Origin: Candidatus Hadarchaeales archaeon | GTDB lineage: Archaea; Hadarchaeota; Hadarchaeia; Hadarchaeales; WYZ-LMO6 | Direction: 5' to 3' | Length of the DNA: 64,000 bases | Assembly: GCA_038736355.1 (NCBI GenBank) | Contig: JAVYML010000003.1 | Location: forward strand, 22,093-86,092 | Shown here: positions 49,374 to 59,586 of the stretch, piece by piece | Layout of the letters: each line of letters starts with the position of its first letter | How positions within the stretch are numbered: the first letter of the stretch is position 1 | The notes under the pieces: generated by a model | The model's database searches: none | What the model was told of the DNA's origin: nothing | Seen by the model: the letters and a program-made list of their open reading frames with translations, nothing else | Made by a program: the position numbers and the translations under genes

Positions 49374-50968
49374 ATTTTTTCATCCGCTCTTGCAGATGGG
49401 CAGGCAAGTGGTTGGGTAAGCGGTGGAAGGAAGATACTGAATTGGAAGAGAGTTTGAGGTTCCTAAGGTGGGAAATAGGGATGGGGGAAGTGAAGGCTTT
49501 TGCCCTCCTTTCCTCCCTCCTTTCCCTGCTTCCCCTTTTCCTTCTCTTACTCCTTTCCCCGAAGTTCCTCCCCCTCCTCCTTCTTCCTCCCTTGGTTTAT
49601 TGGTGGGTTAGGACCCACCCCATTAGGCAGATGGAGAAGGAAAGGGAGAGGGGAAGGGGGGAAGTACCCAGGCTCCTGTGTGCCCTTTCTTCTTCCCTCC
49701 TCTTGAATCCCAACTTGGAAGTAGCCGTGTCCTTTGCAGCGGAAAATGCGGAGGGGAAGATGGGACCAGAACTGAAGAGGGAACTCTCCAATTTTTTTCT
49801 GGGGATTCATAAGGGGGCGGAGGAAGTCCTTAGAAGGTTCTCGGAGAGGTGGGGAAATCCCCCAGAGCTCTCCAAGCCTCTTCCCCTCCTCCTAGCTTCG
49901 GTGAAGATGGGGGAGGAAGACAGGAGAAAGGCCTTGGAGCAGGCGCTGGAAACTTCTCTCGAAGAAGTGAGGGAGAGGTTGAGGAGTTTTCTGGGGTGGG
50001 TGAAGCTTCCCCTTTTCCTCCTCTATTCCTTCGGGGTAGTGCTCCCCCTTTGTCTCCTCACCTTGGTTCCGGTTTTGGGTTCCACGGGTCTCCTTTCCAG
50101 TCCCCTCCCTCTAGTCATGCTCTACGGCTTTCTTCTTCCTTCAACACTCTATCTCCTGAGCTCTTGGATTCTTTCCAAGCGTCCCCTCTTCTCATCTCCA
50201 CACGATTCGCCGTCGGCTGGAATATTCTTCTTCCTTTTACCCCTCCCCCTTCTCTTTCCCCTCTTCCGTTCGCTTCCCCCCTCCGAGCCAGGGGTGTTGG
50301 GTTTTCTTTGGTTGGTAGTCCTCCTCCTTTCCCTCTACTTCCTCTCCAAGCGGGATGGGGGAGAACACCTCCGCTCGCTGGAAATGGAGGAGGATTTTCC
50401 AGGATTCCTACAAGAGCTGGGAAGTAGGTTGAGGGAAGGCAGACCGATGGAGGAAGCATTGAGAAGGGCAAGCGAGAACAGGGGGAAGCTTTGGGAGAGA
50501 TGGGAGGATTCACCTTCTAGGCTAGTAAAGGGTACTCTTTTCCTCCTTCTCGGGTTGGCAGAACGCAGCGAGAGGGCGACTGGAGAGGCAGCCCTGCAGC
50601 TTTCTTCCCATTTGAGAAAGTTGAGGGAGGTAGAGCGTTGGGGGAGGCAGGAACTGGCGGAGATTTCTTCTTCCATGCGTTCTATGGCCCTCTTCTTTTC
50701 ACCCCTGATCATCTCCTTGACCTGTCAGATGTACTCCGTTCTCTGGAAGAGGGGAATGGGTTTCTTACCCAGCTTCCTTCCCCCTCCCCTTCTCCTCTTC
50801 TTACTTGGTAGCTACCAGCTGATCCTTACCCTTTTCCTCCTCCACCTCCTTTCAGAAATGGAAGGAACGGAAAGGGGAACCCTTTTCGCTTCCGGTCTTC
50901 CCCTCTCCCTTTCGATGTTTACCCTGGGTACAATAGGTGGTGGGGCCTTCTTGAGTTTTCTCACCTAA
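49370..50968 (+). CDS. TadB/TadC-like membrane platform protein
   Basis: Two cytoplasmic domains separated by TM bundles (NPNLEVAV; EGRPMEEAL), overlapping the ATPase stop. Confidence 0.72.
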   Translation: MNFFIRSCRWAGKWLGKRWKEDTELEESLRFLRWEIGMGEVKAFALLSSLLSLLPLFLLLLLSPKFLPLLLLPPLVYWWVRTHPIRQMEKERERGRGEVPRLLCALSSSLLLNPNLEVAVSFAAENAEGKMGPELKRELSNFFLGIHKGAEEVLRRFSERWGNPPELSKPLPLLLASVKMGEEDRRKALEQALETSLEEVRERLRSFLGWVKLPLFLLYSFGVVLPLCLLTLVPVLGSTGLLSSPLPLVMLYGFLLPSTLYLLSSWILSKRPLFSSPHDSPSAGIFFFLLPLPLLFPLFRSLPPSEPGVLGFLWLVVLLLSLYFLSKRDGGEHLRSLEMEEDFPGFLQELGSRLREGRPMEEALRRASENRGKLWERWEDSPSRLVKGTLFLLLGLAERSERATGEAALQLSSHLRKLREVERWGRQELAEISSSMRSMALFFSPLIISLTCQMYSVLWKRGMGFLPSFLPPPLLLFLLGSYQLILTLFLLHLLSEMEGTERGTLFASGLPLSLSMFTLGTIGGGAFLSFLT

Positions 50969-51674
50969 CTGCCAGAAAGGTATCAAGTCCGCTCTTCCGT
51001 GGGAGATCCGTCACGTAAATTTCTTTCCTAGCGGGAAGGGAAACGTTGACCACAAGCGTCCTGCCCAAAGAAACTTCTAGCACCGAGGACTTGTGTGCAT
51101 GTGCATGGATCCAGAGGTCGGGCTGTCTTTTCTCTATTACCTCCTCCAGTTTTTTGTTCCCCATCTCAGGCCAGGAGTCTTGGTTCTCTCCTTTCAGAGT
51201 GACAAAAGTGGGGGCATAGTGGGTGAGGACCACCTTGATGTCCGTATCGAGCTCCCCCAACAACCTGTCGAGCAACTTCACTCTCTCGGCGTAAATCTTG
51301 GAGATTCCGGAAAGATGAGTGCGTTGCCAGTAAGTGGGACGGGAGAGGGATCCCTGCGAGCCTACTACACCTATTCTGGTCCCCCCCATTTCCAGCACCA
51401 CGGCTTCACTCTCTATCCAGCGAAGATCCAGCGCCAAGTATTTTTGTCTGTCTTGAAGGTATTCCTCGTTCCCAAAACAGGCCAAGACTTCCCCCCGATG
51501 GAACTTCCTTAGGATTTCTAAGAGGGGAGGGAGCTGAGTGTGGTCGTTTTTGTATACGAGGTCTCCTGCCAGCAAAAAGAGATCTACCTTTCCCATCCTC
51601 TTTAGAGCCTCACTGAAGAGGTCGAGGTATTTGGGGGAATGAATGTCTCCGGCAGCAGCAATTCTAATCCCCAA
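50961..51674 (-). CDS. Metallophosphoesterase
   Basis: GDIH, AGDL, GNEE, THY, HAHAH. Confidence 0.88.
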   Translation of the reverse strand: MGIRIAAAGDIHSPKYLDLFSEALKRMGKVDLFLLAGDLVYKNDHTQLPPLLEILRKFHRGEVLACFGNEEYLQDRQKYLALDLRWIESEAVVLEMGGTRIGVVGSQGSLSRPTYWQRTHLSGISKIYAERVKLLDRLLGELDTDIKVVLTHYAPTFVTLKGENQDSWPEMGNKKLEEVIEKRQPDLWIHAHAHKSSVLEVSLGRTLVVNVSLPARKEIYVTDLPRKSGLDTFLAVR

Positions 51675-51710
51675 GCTCTCCCACCCTTGCTCTCGCGCTT
51701 TTTGATCGAC

Positions 51711-51968
51711 TCACTTTAGCCTGGCTCTAAAAGCCGTGAGGGTCACGGTCCTACGAATATAGGGAATCCTTCTTATTTCGATGACGGTTCTGTCCACATC
51801 CCTCACGGGACCCTCCAGCACGCAGACCACATCGTAATCACCATGTACGAAGTCCACCATGGTTACGTTGGGCATTTTGCGTAGTTGCGGTATCACATAT
51901 TCCTCCTTTCCGGGTTCCACTTCCACCAGCACGTAGGATCTTCCTGCTGGAGAGGAATCGGCGCTCAT
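51711..51968 (-). CDS. Stand-alone Lrp/AsnC ligand-binding (RAM) domain protein
   Basis: YVLVEVEPGKE, VHGDYDVV, IRRIPYIRRTVT. Confidence 0.82.
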   Translation of the reverse strand: MSADSSPAGRSYVLVEVEPGKEEYVIPQLRKMPNVTMVDFVHGDYDVVCVLEGPVRDVDRTVIEIRRIPYIRRTVTLTAFRARLK

Positions 51969-52052
51969 CTACCTTTCTTTTTTGTAATTTGAGGCTTTTA
52001 TAGGGACTCCCTTTCCCAACCTTTTTTTATTTCGATGTTTATGCAGGTAAAG

Positions 52053-54710
52053 ATGCAGCAATCAAAAGAGTACGATCCTAGAAGGGTGGAGGAAAAGTGG
52101 CAGAAATGGTGGGAGGAGAAGGGGATCTACAGGTTCGATCCCCAGAGCAAAGCACCCACCTACGTGATAGATACCCCTCCCCCCTATCCAAGTGGAGAAT
52201 TCCATTTGGGTACGGCTTTAAACTGGACCTACATGGATATCGTGGCCAGGTACAAACGCATGAGGGGCTTCAACGTGCTCTTTCCCCAAGGCTGGGATTG
52301 CCATGGTCTTCCCACGGAAGTTCAGGTGGAAAAGAAATATGGGATAAGAAAGGGTGATCTTCCACCAGAGAAGTTCAGGGAACTCTGTGTGAAGCTCACC
52401 GAGGAAAACATAGAGAAGATGAGAAAGGAGATGCGTTCTTTGGGCTTTTCCATAGACTGGACGAGGGAGTACAGGACGATGGATCCCTCCTATTTTTGGA
52501 GGACTCAGCTCTCCTTCGTGAAACTCTACAAACAGGGGAGGATCTATCGGGGTGAACATCCCGTCAACTGGTGCCCTAGATGCGAGACAGCCATAGCCGA
52601 TGCAGAGGTGGAATATGAGGAAAAGGAGGGGAAGTTGAATTACCTGAAGTTTTCGCTGGAGGAGGGTGGAGAGCTGATCATAGCCACCACCCGCCCAGAA
52701 TACTTGCCCGCTTGTGTGGCCGTTGCAGTCCATCCGGATGATGGGAGGTATAGACAATACGTGGGGAAGAGGGTGGAAGTTCCTGCTTGTGGGAGGAAGG
52801 TGGAGGTTATTCAGGACCCAGAGGTGGATCCAAACTTCGGTACCGGTATTGTGATGATCTGTACCTATGGGGATAAGACCGACGTGAAATGGGTGGCAAG
52901 ACACGGCCTTCCAGTGATAAGGTTGTTGGATGAGAGGGGAAGGATGACGGAGGAGGCGGGAAAATATGCAGGGTTGAGCGTGGAGGAGGCGAGGAAGGCC
53001 ATCTTGGAGGACCTCAGGAAGGAGGGAAAGCTGCTCAGGGAGGAAAACCTCCGGCAGAGCGTAGGGGTTTGTTGGAGGTGTAAGACACCCGTGGAGATCC
53101 TGACGAAAAGACAGTGGTTCATGAGGGTTCTGGATTTGAAGGAGAAGGTAGTGGAGGAGGCGAAGAAGGTTAGGTGGGTACCAGAGTACATGGGACAGCG
53201 TTTGGTGGATTGGGCCAATTCGATGGATTGGGATTGGGTGATTTCTAGGCAGAGGATCTTCGCCACCCCCATCCCCGTCTGGTACTGCAAGGGATGTGGT
53301 GAACCCTTGGTGGCGGAGGAGGATCAATTACCCGTGAACCCGCTCAAGGACAAACCTAGGGGGAGATGTCCGAAGTGTGGAGGTGAGGAATTCGAAGGGG
53401 AAAGGGATGTCTTGGATACTTGGATGGACAGCTCCATCACCATCGCCGTTCATGCGGGATGGCCAGAACTCGACCGCAGGCTCTTTCCCGCGGATCTTCA
53501 ACCGAACGGAACGGACATCATAAGGACTTGGGATTATTACCTTTTGGTCAGACATCTCGCTCTACTCGGTGAAACCCCTTACCGAACGGTTCTCATCAAC
53601 GGGATGGTCTTTGGGGAGGATGGCAGAAAGATGTCCAAGTCTTTGGGCAATTTCATCGAGACCTCCTCAGTCTACGGAAAATACGGAGCCGATGCCCTCA
53701 GACAGTGGAGCGTGCTGGCGGCCTCCACCGGGTCCGATGTTCCCTTTTCTTGGAAGGAAGTGATACACGGTTACAGGTTCTTACAAAAGCTTTGGAACGC
53801 CGTCAGGTTTGCGGGTCCTCACCTAAGGGATGTCAGGGGGCCGGAGGGGCTCAACCTGAGGACGGTGGACAGGTGGATCCTGAGTAGGCTTCAGAAACTG
53901 GTGGAGAGGGTTACCTCCTTGCTGGAGGACTTCCAGTTCAATCAGGCCCTCATCTCCCTCCAGTCCTTCGTCTGGCACGAATTCTGCGATCTCTACATAG
54001 AGGAAATCAAGCACCGACTTTACAGCGATCGTTCCGAAGAGGTGAGATATGTGTTGAGAGAAGTGATCTCCAAAGTATGCAGACTCCTCGCCCCCTTCAT
54101 TCCCCATCTCACGGAAGAAATCTACCAGACCTACCTGAGGGACGAGGGTTACGAAAGCGTCCATCTCGCCCCATGGCCTTCCCCAGAAAAGGAGAGGGTG
54201 GACGAGGAGGCGGAGAAGACGGCAGAGCTCCTTCATTCCGTGCTGGGCCTTCTACGCCGGTTCAAATCCTCCCGCGGTATCCCCCTCAACAGGGAACTGG
54301 AAGAGGTGAGGATTTACGCCTCTCCCCCGGTGCTCGAGAGGCTCAAGGAGGTGGAAGAGGATTTGGTGGCCACGGCCCACTTGAAGAGACTCTACCTCTC
54401 CTCCGAGAAACCAGAGCTGGAGGAAAGAGTGGTGTCCGTGGAACCGGACCCCTCTAGGCTGGGACCCAAGCTCCGCTCCAAGATAGGAAGGCTCGTGGAA
54501 TACCTCAGGGAACATGGTAGGGAGGTGGCTAAAAGGCTGGAAAGTGGCCCAGTCACGGTGGAACTCGATGGGGAAAGGATAGAACTCGGTCCCGGGGATG
54601 TGAGGATCAGGAAAGAGGTTTTTTACCGTGGAGAAGGTGTGGAGGTAATCGGGTTACAGGAGCCTGAGCTGTTGATGGTCATCAAGGGCAGGCGTGATTC
54701 GTCCCCCTAG
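52053..54710 (+). CDS. valS: Valyl-tRNA synthetase
   Basis: IDTPPPY, HLGT, DWVISRQR, KMSKS. Confidence 0.97.
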   Translation: MQQSKEYDPRRVEEKWQKWWEEKGIYRFDPQSKAPTYVIDTPPPYPSGEFHLGTALNWTYMDIVARYKRMRGFNVLFPQGWDCHGLPTEVQVEKKYGIRKGDLPPEKFRELCVKLTEENIEKMRKEMRSLGFSIDWTREYRTMDPSYFWRTQLSFVKLYKQGRIYRGEHPVNWCPRCETAIADAEVEYEEKEGKLNYLKFSLEEGGELIIATTRPEYLPACVAVAVHPDDGRYRQYVGKRVEVPACGRKVEVIQDPEVDPNFGTGIVMICTYGDKTDVKWVARHGLPVIRLLDERGRMTEEAGKYAGLSVEEARKAILEDLRKEGKLLREENLRQSVGVCWRCKTPVEILTKRQWFMRVLDLKEKVVEEAKKVRWVPEYMGQRLVDWANSMDWDWVISRQRIFATPIPVWYCKGCGEPLVAEEDQLPVNPLKDKPRGRCPKCGGEEFEGERDVLDTWMDSSITIAVHAGWPELDRRLFPADLQPNGTDIIRTWDYYLLVRHLALLGETPYRTVLINGMVFGEDGRKMSKSLGNFIETSSVYGKYGADALRQWSVLAASTGSDVPFSWKEVIHGYRFLQKLWNAVRFAGPHLRDVRGPEGLNLRTVDRWILSRLQKLVERVTSLLEDFQFNQALISLQSFVWHEFCDLYIEEIKHRLYSDRSEEVRYVLREVISKVCRLLAPFIPHLTEEIYQTYLRDEGYESVHLAPWPSPEKERVDEEAEKTAELLHSVLGLLRRFKSSRGIPLNRELEEVRIYASPPVLERLKEVEEDLVATAHLKRLYLSSEKPELEERVVSVEPDPSRLGPKLRSKIGRLVEYLREHGREVAKRLESGPVTVELDGERIELGPGDVRIRKEVFYRGEGVEVIGLQEPELLMVIKGRRDSSP

Positions 54711-54721
54711 TCCCTTTTAAG

Positions 54722-54913
54722 TCATCCGGGGAGGAGGGAAAGAGCCACAAGGAGGAAGAGGAGGAGGAAGAGTAGCAAGAGGGAGAAAGTTCTAGCCTTC
54801 CTCATTCTCTCCTGCTGTTTCTTGAAGAGCTCTTCACAGGAAGATGAACAGAAAAGTTTATCCCTTTCCACCGCCTTTCCACAGGAAAGGCAGTGTCTGT
54901 GGTCTTCCACCAT
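54722..54913 (-). CDS. DUF2116-like zinc-ribbon membrane protein
   Basis: HRHCLSCGKAV...FCSSSC plus C-terminal TM; usual neighbour of pyrH. Confidence 0.8.
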   Translation of the reverse strand: MVEDHRHCLSCGKAVERDKLFCSSSCEELFKKQQERMRKARTFSLLLLFLLLFLLVALSLLPG

Positions 54914-54917
54914 CTTT

Positions 54918-55601
54918 TCACCCCGTTAAGATTTCCGTTCCAGAGTGTTCTCCTCCCTCCACTATGAGGGGTATCCTAGGGATTTCTTTCTTTCCTATTA
55001 CCAAAGTCCTTATCCTTAGCTGCTGGAGGAGCTTCACGGCCACGGGATCCAAAATAGTTCTCATGCCAGGTGATACTTTTGTCCCCACCAGTTCGAGGAG
55101 TTCTTTTGTACCAATCCTATCGAGCTTTTTGGCAGTGGGGTCCAGCTTGGGATCGGAGGTATAAACTCCATCCACATCCGTCACGAAGAGGAGCAAGGAA
55201 GAATTGGTGGCTTTCGCGGCCATGGCGGCAACGGCATCGGTGGTATGTCCTGGTACTGTCCCCCCCATTACGGGAACCTTTCCCCTCAGCATCAGTTGGG
55301 AGGCTTCCCTGAAGGTGGTGGGAGGAGAAGGTTCGGAGAGGTCCCCCAGGGCCATGGCAAGCAGGCGTGCATTGAGGCGCGTGATTTCTATTCCGAGTTC
55401 ATGGAGGAGCACTTCCGTTCCACCCAGTTCCTTCCCAGCCTGTATGTATTTTCTGGCGGGTTCCCCTCCTCCAACCACCACCAGTACTTCATGTTTTCTT
55501 TCCACCAGTTCCCTCACCACCTTCGCTGCAAGCTTCAAATTCTCCACATCTGGCCAGTGGGGAGAGAGCACGGAACCGCCGAAGTTCAGGGTGATTCTCA
55601 C
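54918..55601 (-). CDS. pyrH: Uridylate kinase
   Basis: GGSVL, VVGGG..ARKYI, PGHTTDAVAA, TDVDGVY..DP. Confidence 0.93.
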   Translation of the reverse strand: MRITLNFGGSVLSPHWPDVENLKLAAKVVRELVERKHEVLVVVGGGEPARKYIQAGKELGGTEVLLHELGIEITRLNARLLAMALGDLSEPSPPTTFREASQLMLRGKVPVMGGTVPGHTTDAVAAMAAKATNSSLLLFVTDVDGVYTSDPKLDPTAKKLDRIGTKELLELVGTKVSPGMRTILDPVAVKLLQQLRIRTLVIGKKEIPRIPLIVEGGEHSGTEILTG

Positions 55602-55609
55602 ATGCCTTT

Positions 55610-56281
55610 GCAGCATTTTTAAAATAAATAGACATAAGCTGCAACATCTCTGATAGAGATAGTTGAAGTGCCAAACAGCCCATATCGGGTTACGTATAAC
55701 ATCGAGCATGGCTACAGAGTTTTAGAGTTTCTGGAAGCGTATGGGCTGATGCTCCGGAGGGCGATAGACGAGATATGGGATAGGATTGGGTGGGTTGAGA
55801 AATTCGGTGGATCTGGGGAACGCAGATCCTTCCGATCATACCCAAAGATGGAGCGTTCAAGAACCATTATCTGAGGGATCCGTTGATGAAGGATTGGACC
55901 TACCCAAAGCACTACGTCGACTCGGCTATTAAGCAGGCATACAGGGCAGAGACTTCATCCATAAGCCAACGACTTTTCTCTCCGGGGAATACGAGCAGAA
56001 GGTGCTCCAGATGTGGGATGATCAATGCTCCGAAGGGAGCGAAATACGAATGCAGGGGATGCGGGTTAAGGATCGATAGGCAGCTCAACGCTGCCATAAA
56101 CCTGTACCTTCAGATGGAGGGAGCTTTCTCCGGGCAGGAAGCTCTTCAACGGGCTGATGAAGGCCTGGAGCGTTCACCCTGAGGGGAGGCCGATGAGGGT
56201 TCCTATGAACTCGTGAGGGGTCCCAGGCTGGTGAACCCCAAGAGCTGCGCAAGTCTATCCAGGACTACGTAGCTCAGAACC
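55610..56281 (+). mobile_element. tnpB: Degenerate IS200/IS605-family element: internally deleted, frameshifted tnpB
   Basis: N-terminal fragment (...WTYPKHYVDSAIKQAY) joined almost directly to the C-terminal zinc ribbon/RuvC-III NTSRRCSRCG...CRGCG..DRQLNAAINL. Boundaries approximate. Confidence 0.8.
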
Positions 56282-56313
56282 CTTCTTAAGCGTGCAAAAA
56301 AGAGTTAAGGGAG

Positions 56314-57564
56314 ATGTCCGAGAAATCCCTCTACCAGTTCAAGCGTTTGCTGGAGGAGTTGGAGGGGAAGTCCGGGAGAGGGACGGAACTCATTTCCGTT
56401 TACATCCCTCCGGGCTATGACTTGAGCAAGGTAATGGCCCAGCTGAGGGAGGAACAGGGAACGGCAGAGAACATCAAGTCCAAAACCACGAGAAAAAACG
56501 TGCTCGGGGCATTGGAAAGGGTAATACAGTTTCTCCGCACCTACATGGAAACCAACAGGGCTACCCCACCGAACGGTATGGTGATTTTCGCCGGAAACGT
56601 GGCGGGAAGGGAGGACAATCCCGACATCCAGCTCTACTGGATAGAGCCTCCGGAACCCGTCCCGATCCGCCTTTACCGCTGTGATCAGCGTTTTGTGCTC
56701 GAGCCCCTCAAACAGATGCTGGAGCCGAAGGAGCTGGTGGGACTCATCACGCTTGACGGAAAAGAGGCTACCATAGCCCTGCTCAAGGGAAAACATTTGG
56801 AAGTGTTGGACCACCTCTACTCTGGGGTTTGGGGGAAGCACTCGAGGGGTGGACAGTCGGCTAGGAGGTTTGAAAGGATAAGGGAGTATGCCATGCACGA
56901 GTACATGAAAAGGGTGGCCGAAGCTGCCACTCAGGCCTTTGGGAAATTCCCTGAGTTAAAGTGCATCATCATAGGGGGACCTGGACCCACCAAGGAAGAA
57001 TTCCTGAAGGCCGAGCTTCTTCCCCCGGATTTGGCCAAAAAGGTGGTGGCTGTTTTGGACACCGGTTACACGGATGAATATGGTGCGAAGGAGCTGTTGG
57101 ATAGGGCGGAGGAGGTGCTGAAGGAGCTTGAGATCGCTAAAGAAAAATCCTTGATGAAGAAGTTCATGATGGGATTGGTCTCTCCAGATGTGCCCATCAC
57201 TTATGGGGAGGAAGAGGTGAGGAAGCAGCTGGAAGCGGGAGCGGTGGAGGTCCTGCTCCTCTCGGAGAAACTCAGGAAGGTGAGGGTTAAAGTGAGATGT
57301 GGGGCCTGCGGAAAAACTTTTCAAGAAACCACGAACAATCTGGATTTCTATCAGAAGCAGCTGCAGGGAAGGAACTGTCCTTTCTGTGGGGAGCTCAGGC
57401 TTTCCGTTCAAGAAGCCCAAGACGTGGTGCGGGAACTCATGGAAATCGCGGAGAAATTCGGTTCGCGGGTGGAGTTCATCTCCACCGAAACGGATGAGGG
57501 AAAGCAGCTCCACGAGAGCTTCGGTGGGATAGGAGCCCTCCTGAGATTCAGAGTACAGGGTTAG
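56314..57564 (+). CDS. prf1: Peptide chain release factor aRF1
   Basis: GRGTELISVYIP, NIKS, YRCD, GGQSARRF. Confidence 0.97.
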   Translation: MSEKSLYQFKRLLEELEGKSGRGTELISVYIPPGYDLSKVMAQLREEQGTAENIKSKTTRKNVLGALERVIQFLRTYMETNRATPPNGMVIFAGNVAGREDNPDIQLYWIEPPEPVPIRLYRCDQRFVLEPLKQMLEPKELVGLITLDGKEATIALLKGKHLEVLDHLYSGVWGKHSRGGQSARRFERIREYAMHEYMKRVAEAATQAFGKFPELKCIIIGGPGPTKEEFLKAELLPPDLAKKVVAVLDTGYTDEYGAKELLDRAEEVLKELEIAKEKSLMKKFMMGLVSPDVPITYGEEEVRKQLEAGAVEVLLLSEKLRKVRVKVRCGACGKTFQETTNNLDFYQKQLQGRNCPFCGELRLSVQEAQDVVRELMEIAEKFGSRVEFISTETDEGKQLHESFGGIGALLRFRVQG

Positions 57565-58000
57565 GAGTCTCTTTGAAGCTTTCGATGGCTACCAAGGTCT
57601 CCATTTCCTTCACCATTTCCGAAGAATTCATTAGATTTTCCAAGAATTTGTTCAGGGAAGGAATGTCCTTGGCCCTTATCTTCACCAAGAGGTTGTGGTT
57701 TCCAGTGATCCTGTGTACCTCACACACTTCCTTGTAATGGGAAAGACGCTGGGTGAGGCTCCTCAGGTCCTTGGGATTCACCTCCAATCTCAGAAAGGCG
57801 GTCAGGCCGAGACCCAGTTTCTTACAATCCACCAACACGGTGTATTTCTTTATCACCTGCAACCTCTCGAGTTTTTCCAGTCTCTTCTTCACGGCAGAAA
57901 TGCTCAGGCCCATCTCTCTGCTCAATTCTTTCAGGGTCTTTTTCGCGTTCTCGTTGAGGAGTTTGATGAGCTTGAGGTCCGTGGCATCTATTCTGTTCAT
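57548..58000 (-). CDS. Lrp/AsnC-family transcriptional regulator
   Basis: N-terminal HTH followed by a RAM domain. Confidence 0.9.
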   Translation of the reverse strand: MNRIDATDLKLIKLLNENAKKTLKELSREMGLSISAVKKRLEKLERLQVIKKYTVLVDCKKLGLGLTAFLRLEVNPKDLRSLTQRLSHYKEVCEVHRITGNHNLLVKIRAKDIPSLNKFLENLMNSSEMVKEMETLVAIESFKETPNPVL

Positions 58001-58086
58001 GCGAATTTTCTTTTCTGGAGATTTTATTTATCCGTTGTTTTTCTCTCCACGTTTATCCCAAACCATGGAATATTTCAAAAGATGGA

Positions 58087-59580
58087 TTAGGTCTCCACTA
58101 TTTCCACTTTCAGTCCGGAGTTGAGACATATTTCCTTCAAGCGATCCCCCCACCTTTTCCTGTCGTTGAGGAGGACGATCCTCCGATATTTTCTCCCGTG
58201 TTTTTCGAGATAGCGCGAGAGGGAAAGACACATCCTTTCTATCTCTTCTTTTTCCAGTTTCCTCGGTGCCACCACCTGTCCCAGCGGATAGAGTTCTTCC
58301 AGTTCCTCGGGTACCACTCCGAAGGGTGGAAGGATCCTCACCAGGTGCACTCCTTCCCCCCTCTTCACTTCCTTCCTCTCGAAGCAAGGAAGAAGGAGGA
58401 GTTCTGGGAGGGAAGGCGGCTCGTATTCTTCCATCCTTCTTTCATGCCTTAGAACCTCCGGTCTTTTGAAGCTCTCCATACCCAAATAGAAAAAGGCGGA
58501 GGGTTTGGTGAGGGGATCGAATCTTTCCACAAATTCCACGTAGTCGAGGAATCTCCTGAATCCCTCGAGCAGTCTTGGATGCGACCTGCACCTGAGCTCC
58601 GTGTATTCCCACAACCTTCCATCGACCAGGGCTTGCCTGATCCTTCGAACTTCCCCAAAGAGGACGTAGAGGTTGTGTCTTGCCAGTTCTTTCACCCTTT
58701 CTTCTTCAGGTTTTTCCCTGAGATCTTCCGGGGTTTGGGAAGAACAGATAGGACACTCGCAGGGCAAAAAGGAGAGTTCCTCCAAGTTGAGGGTCCTTTC
58801 CCTCGTCAGGTATCTTCCATCCTTGGCATAGAGAATATAGGAGGCGGAATCAAAGGTATCGCACCCCATGAGAACCAGTAAGGGGAGTACGGAGGGATGC
58901 CCAGCCCCGAAAAGGTGCAAGGGCCTGTCGAGGGGAAGGTTCTGTTTTGCGGTCATTACCAGATCCACTAACTCCGCGTATTCGTAGCCTTCCAAGAATT
59001 CCACGGGGCTCCCCACGGCGTGCATTTGGTAGTCCAAGGAACCCACTGCTTTGGCACACTCCGCCACGAGTTCTAGGTGTTTCCCCCCTTGTACGGGAGC
59101 GCACCAGAGGATCTCAGGATCCGATCTCATCTTTAGGGTCCTCCTGGCTCTTTCCACCGTTATCTTCACGGTTTCCCTCGCCTGTTCCTTGGAAGCCCTG
59201 GCACCGGTGGGAACATCTAAGATGACGGCTATGTCCGAGCCTATCTCCTCCTGATATTTCACGATTTCGTCCGGATCGGCATCTATCTCCCCATACCTCA
59301 GGATTTGGTAGCCCCCCGAATCCGTGGCTATGGGTCCCTCATATCCCAGCATCTCTTGGATCTTTTTACCCCTCCCAAACTTCTTCTTGAGGAAGTAGGC
59401 ATTGGTCATCATCAGGGGTTCCCCGAATTCCTTCCTTATCTCGTTGGGTGTGAGTACCAAGTCGAAGGGATCCAGCACGGGAAGGAGGGTAGGGGTTAAA
59501 ACCGTCCCGTGTCTCGTCCAGAGCCTACCCAGTCTTCCGAGTCCCTCCTTGTGGATGATGGAGAAGGTTTCTTCGGGCAT
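58087..59580 (-). CDS. tgtA: Archaeosine tRNA-guanine(15) transglycosylase
   Basis: TDSGGYQ, HLFGAGHP, GCDTFDSASY, PCECPIC, HNL. Confidence 0.94.
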   Translation of the reverse strand: MPEETFSIIHKEGLGRLGRLWTRHGTVLTPTLLPVLDPFDLVLTPNEIRKEFGEPLMMTNAYFLKKKFGRGKKIQEMLGYEGPIATDSGGYQILRYGEIDADPDEIVKYQEEIGSDIAVILDVPTGARASKEQARETVKITVERARRTLKMRSDPEILWCAPVQGGKHLELVAECAKAVGSLDYQMHAVGSPVEFLEGYEYAELVDLVMTAKQNLPLDRPLHLFGAGHPSVLPLLVLMGCDTFDSASYILYAKDGRYLTRERTLNLEELSFLPCECPICSSQTPEDLREKPEEERVKELARHNLYVLFGEVRRIRQALVDGRLWEYTELRCRSHPRLLEGFRRFLDYVEFVERFDPLTKPSAFFYLGMESFKRPEVLRHERRMEEYEPPSLPELLLLPCFERKEVKRGEGVHLVRILPPFGVVPEELEELYPLGQVVAPRKLEKEEIERMCLSLSRYLEKHGRKYRRIVLLNDRKRWGDRLKEICLNSGLKVEIVET

Positions 59581-59586
59581 CGGGGA

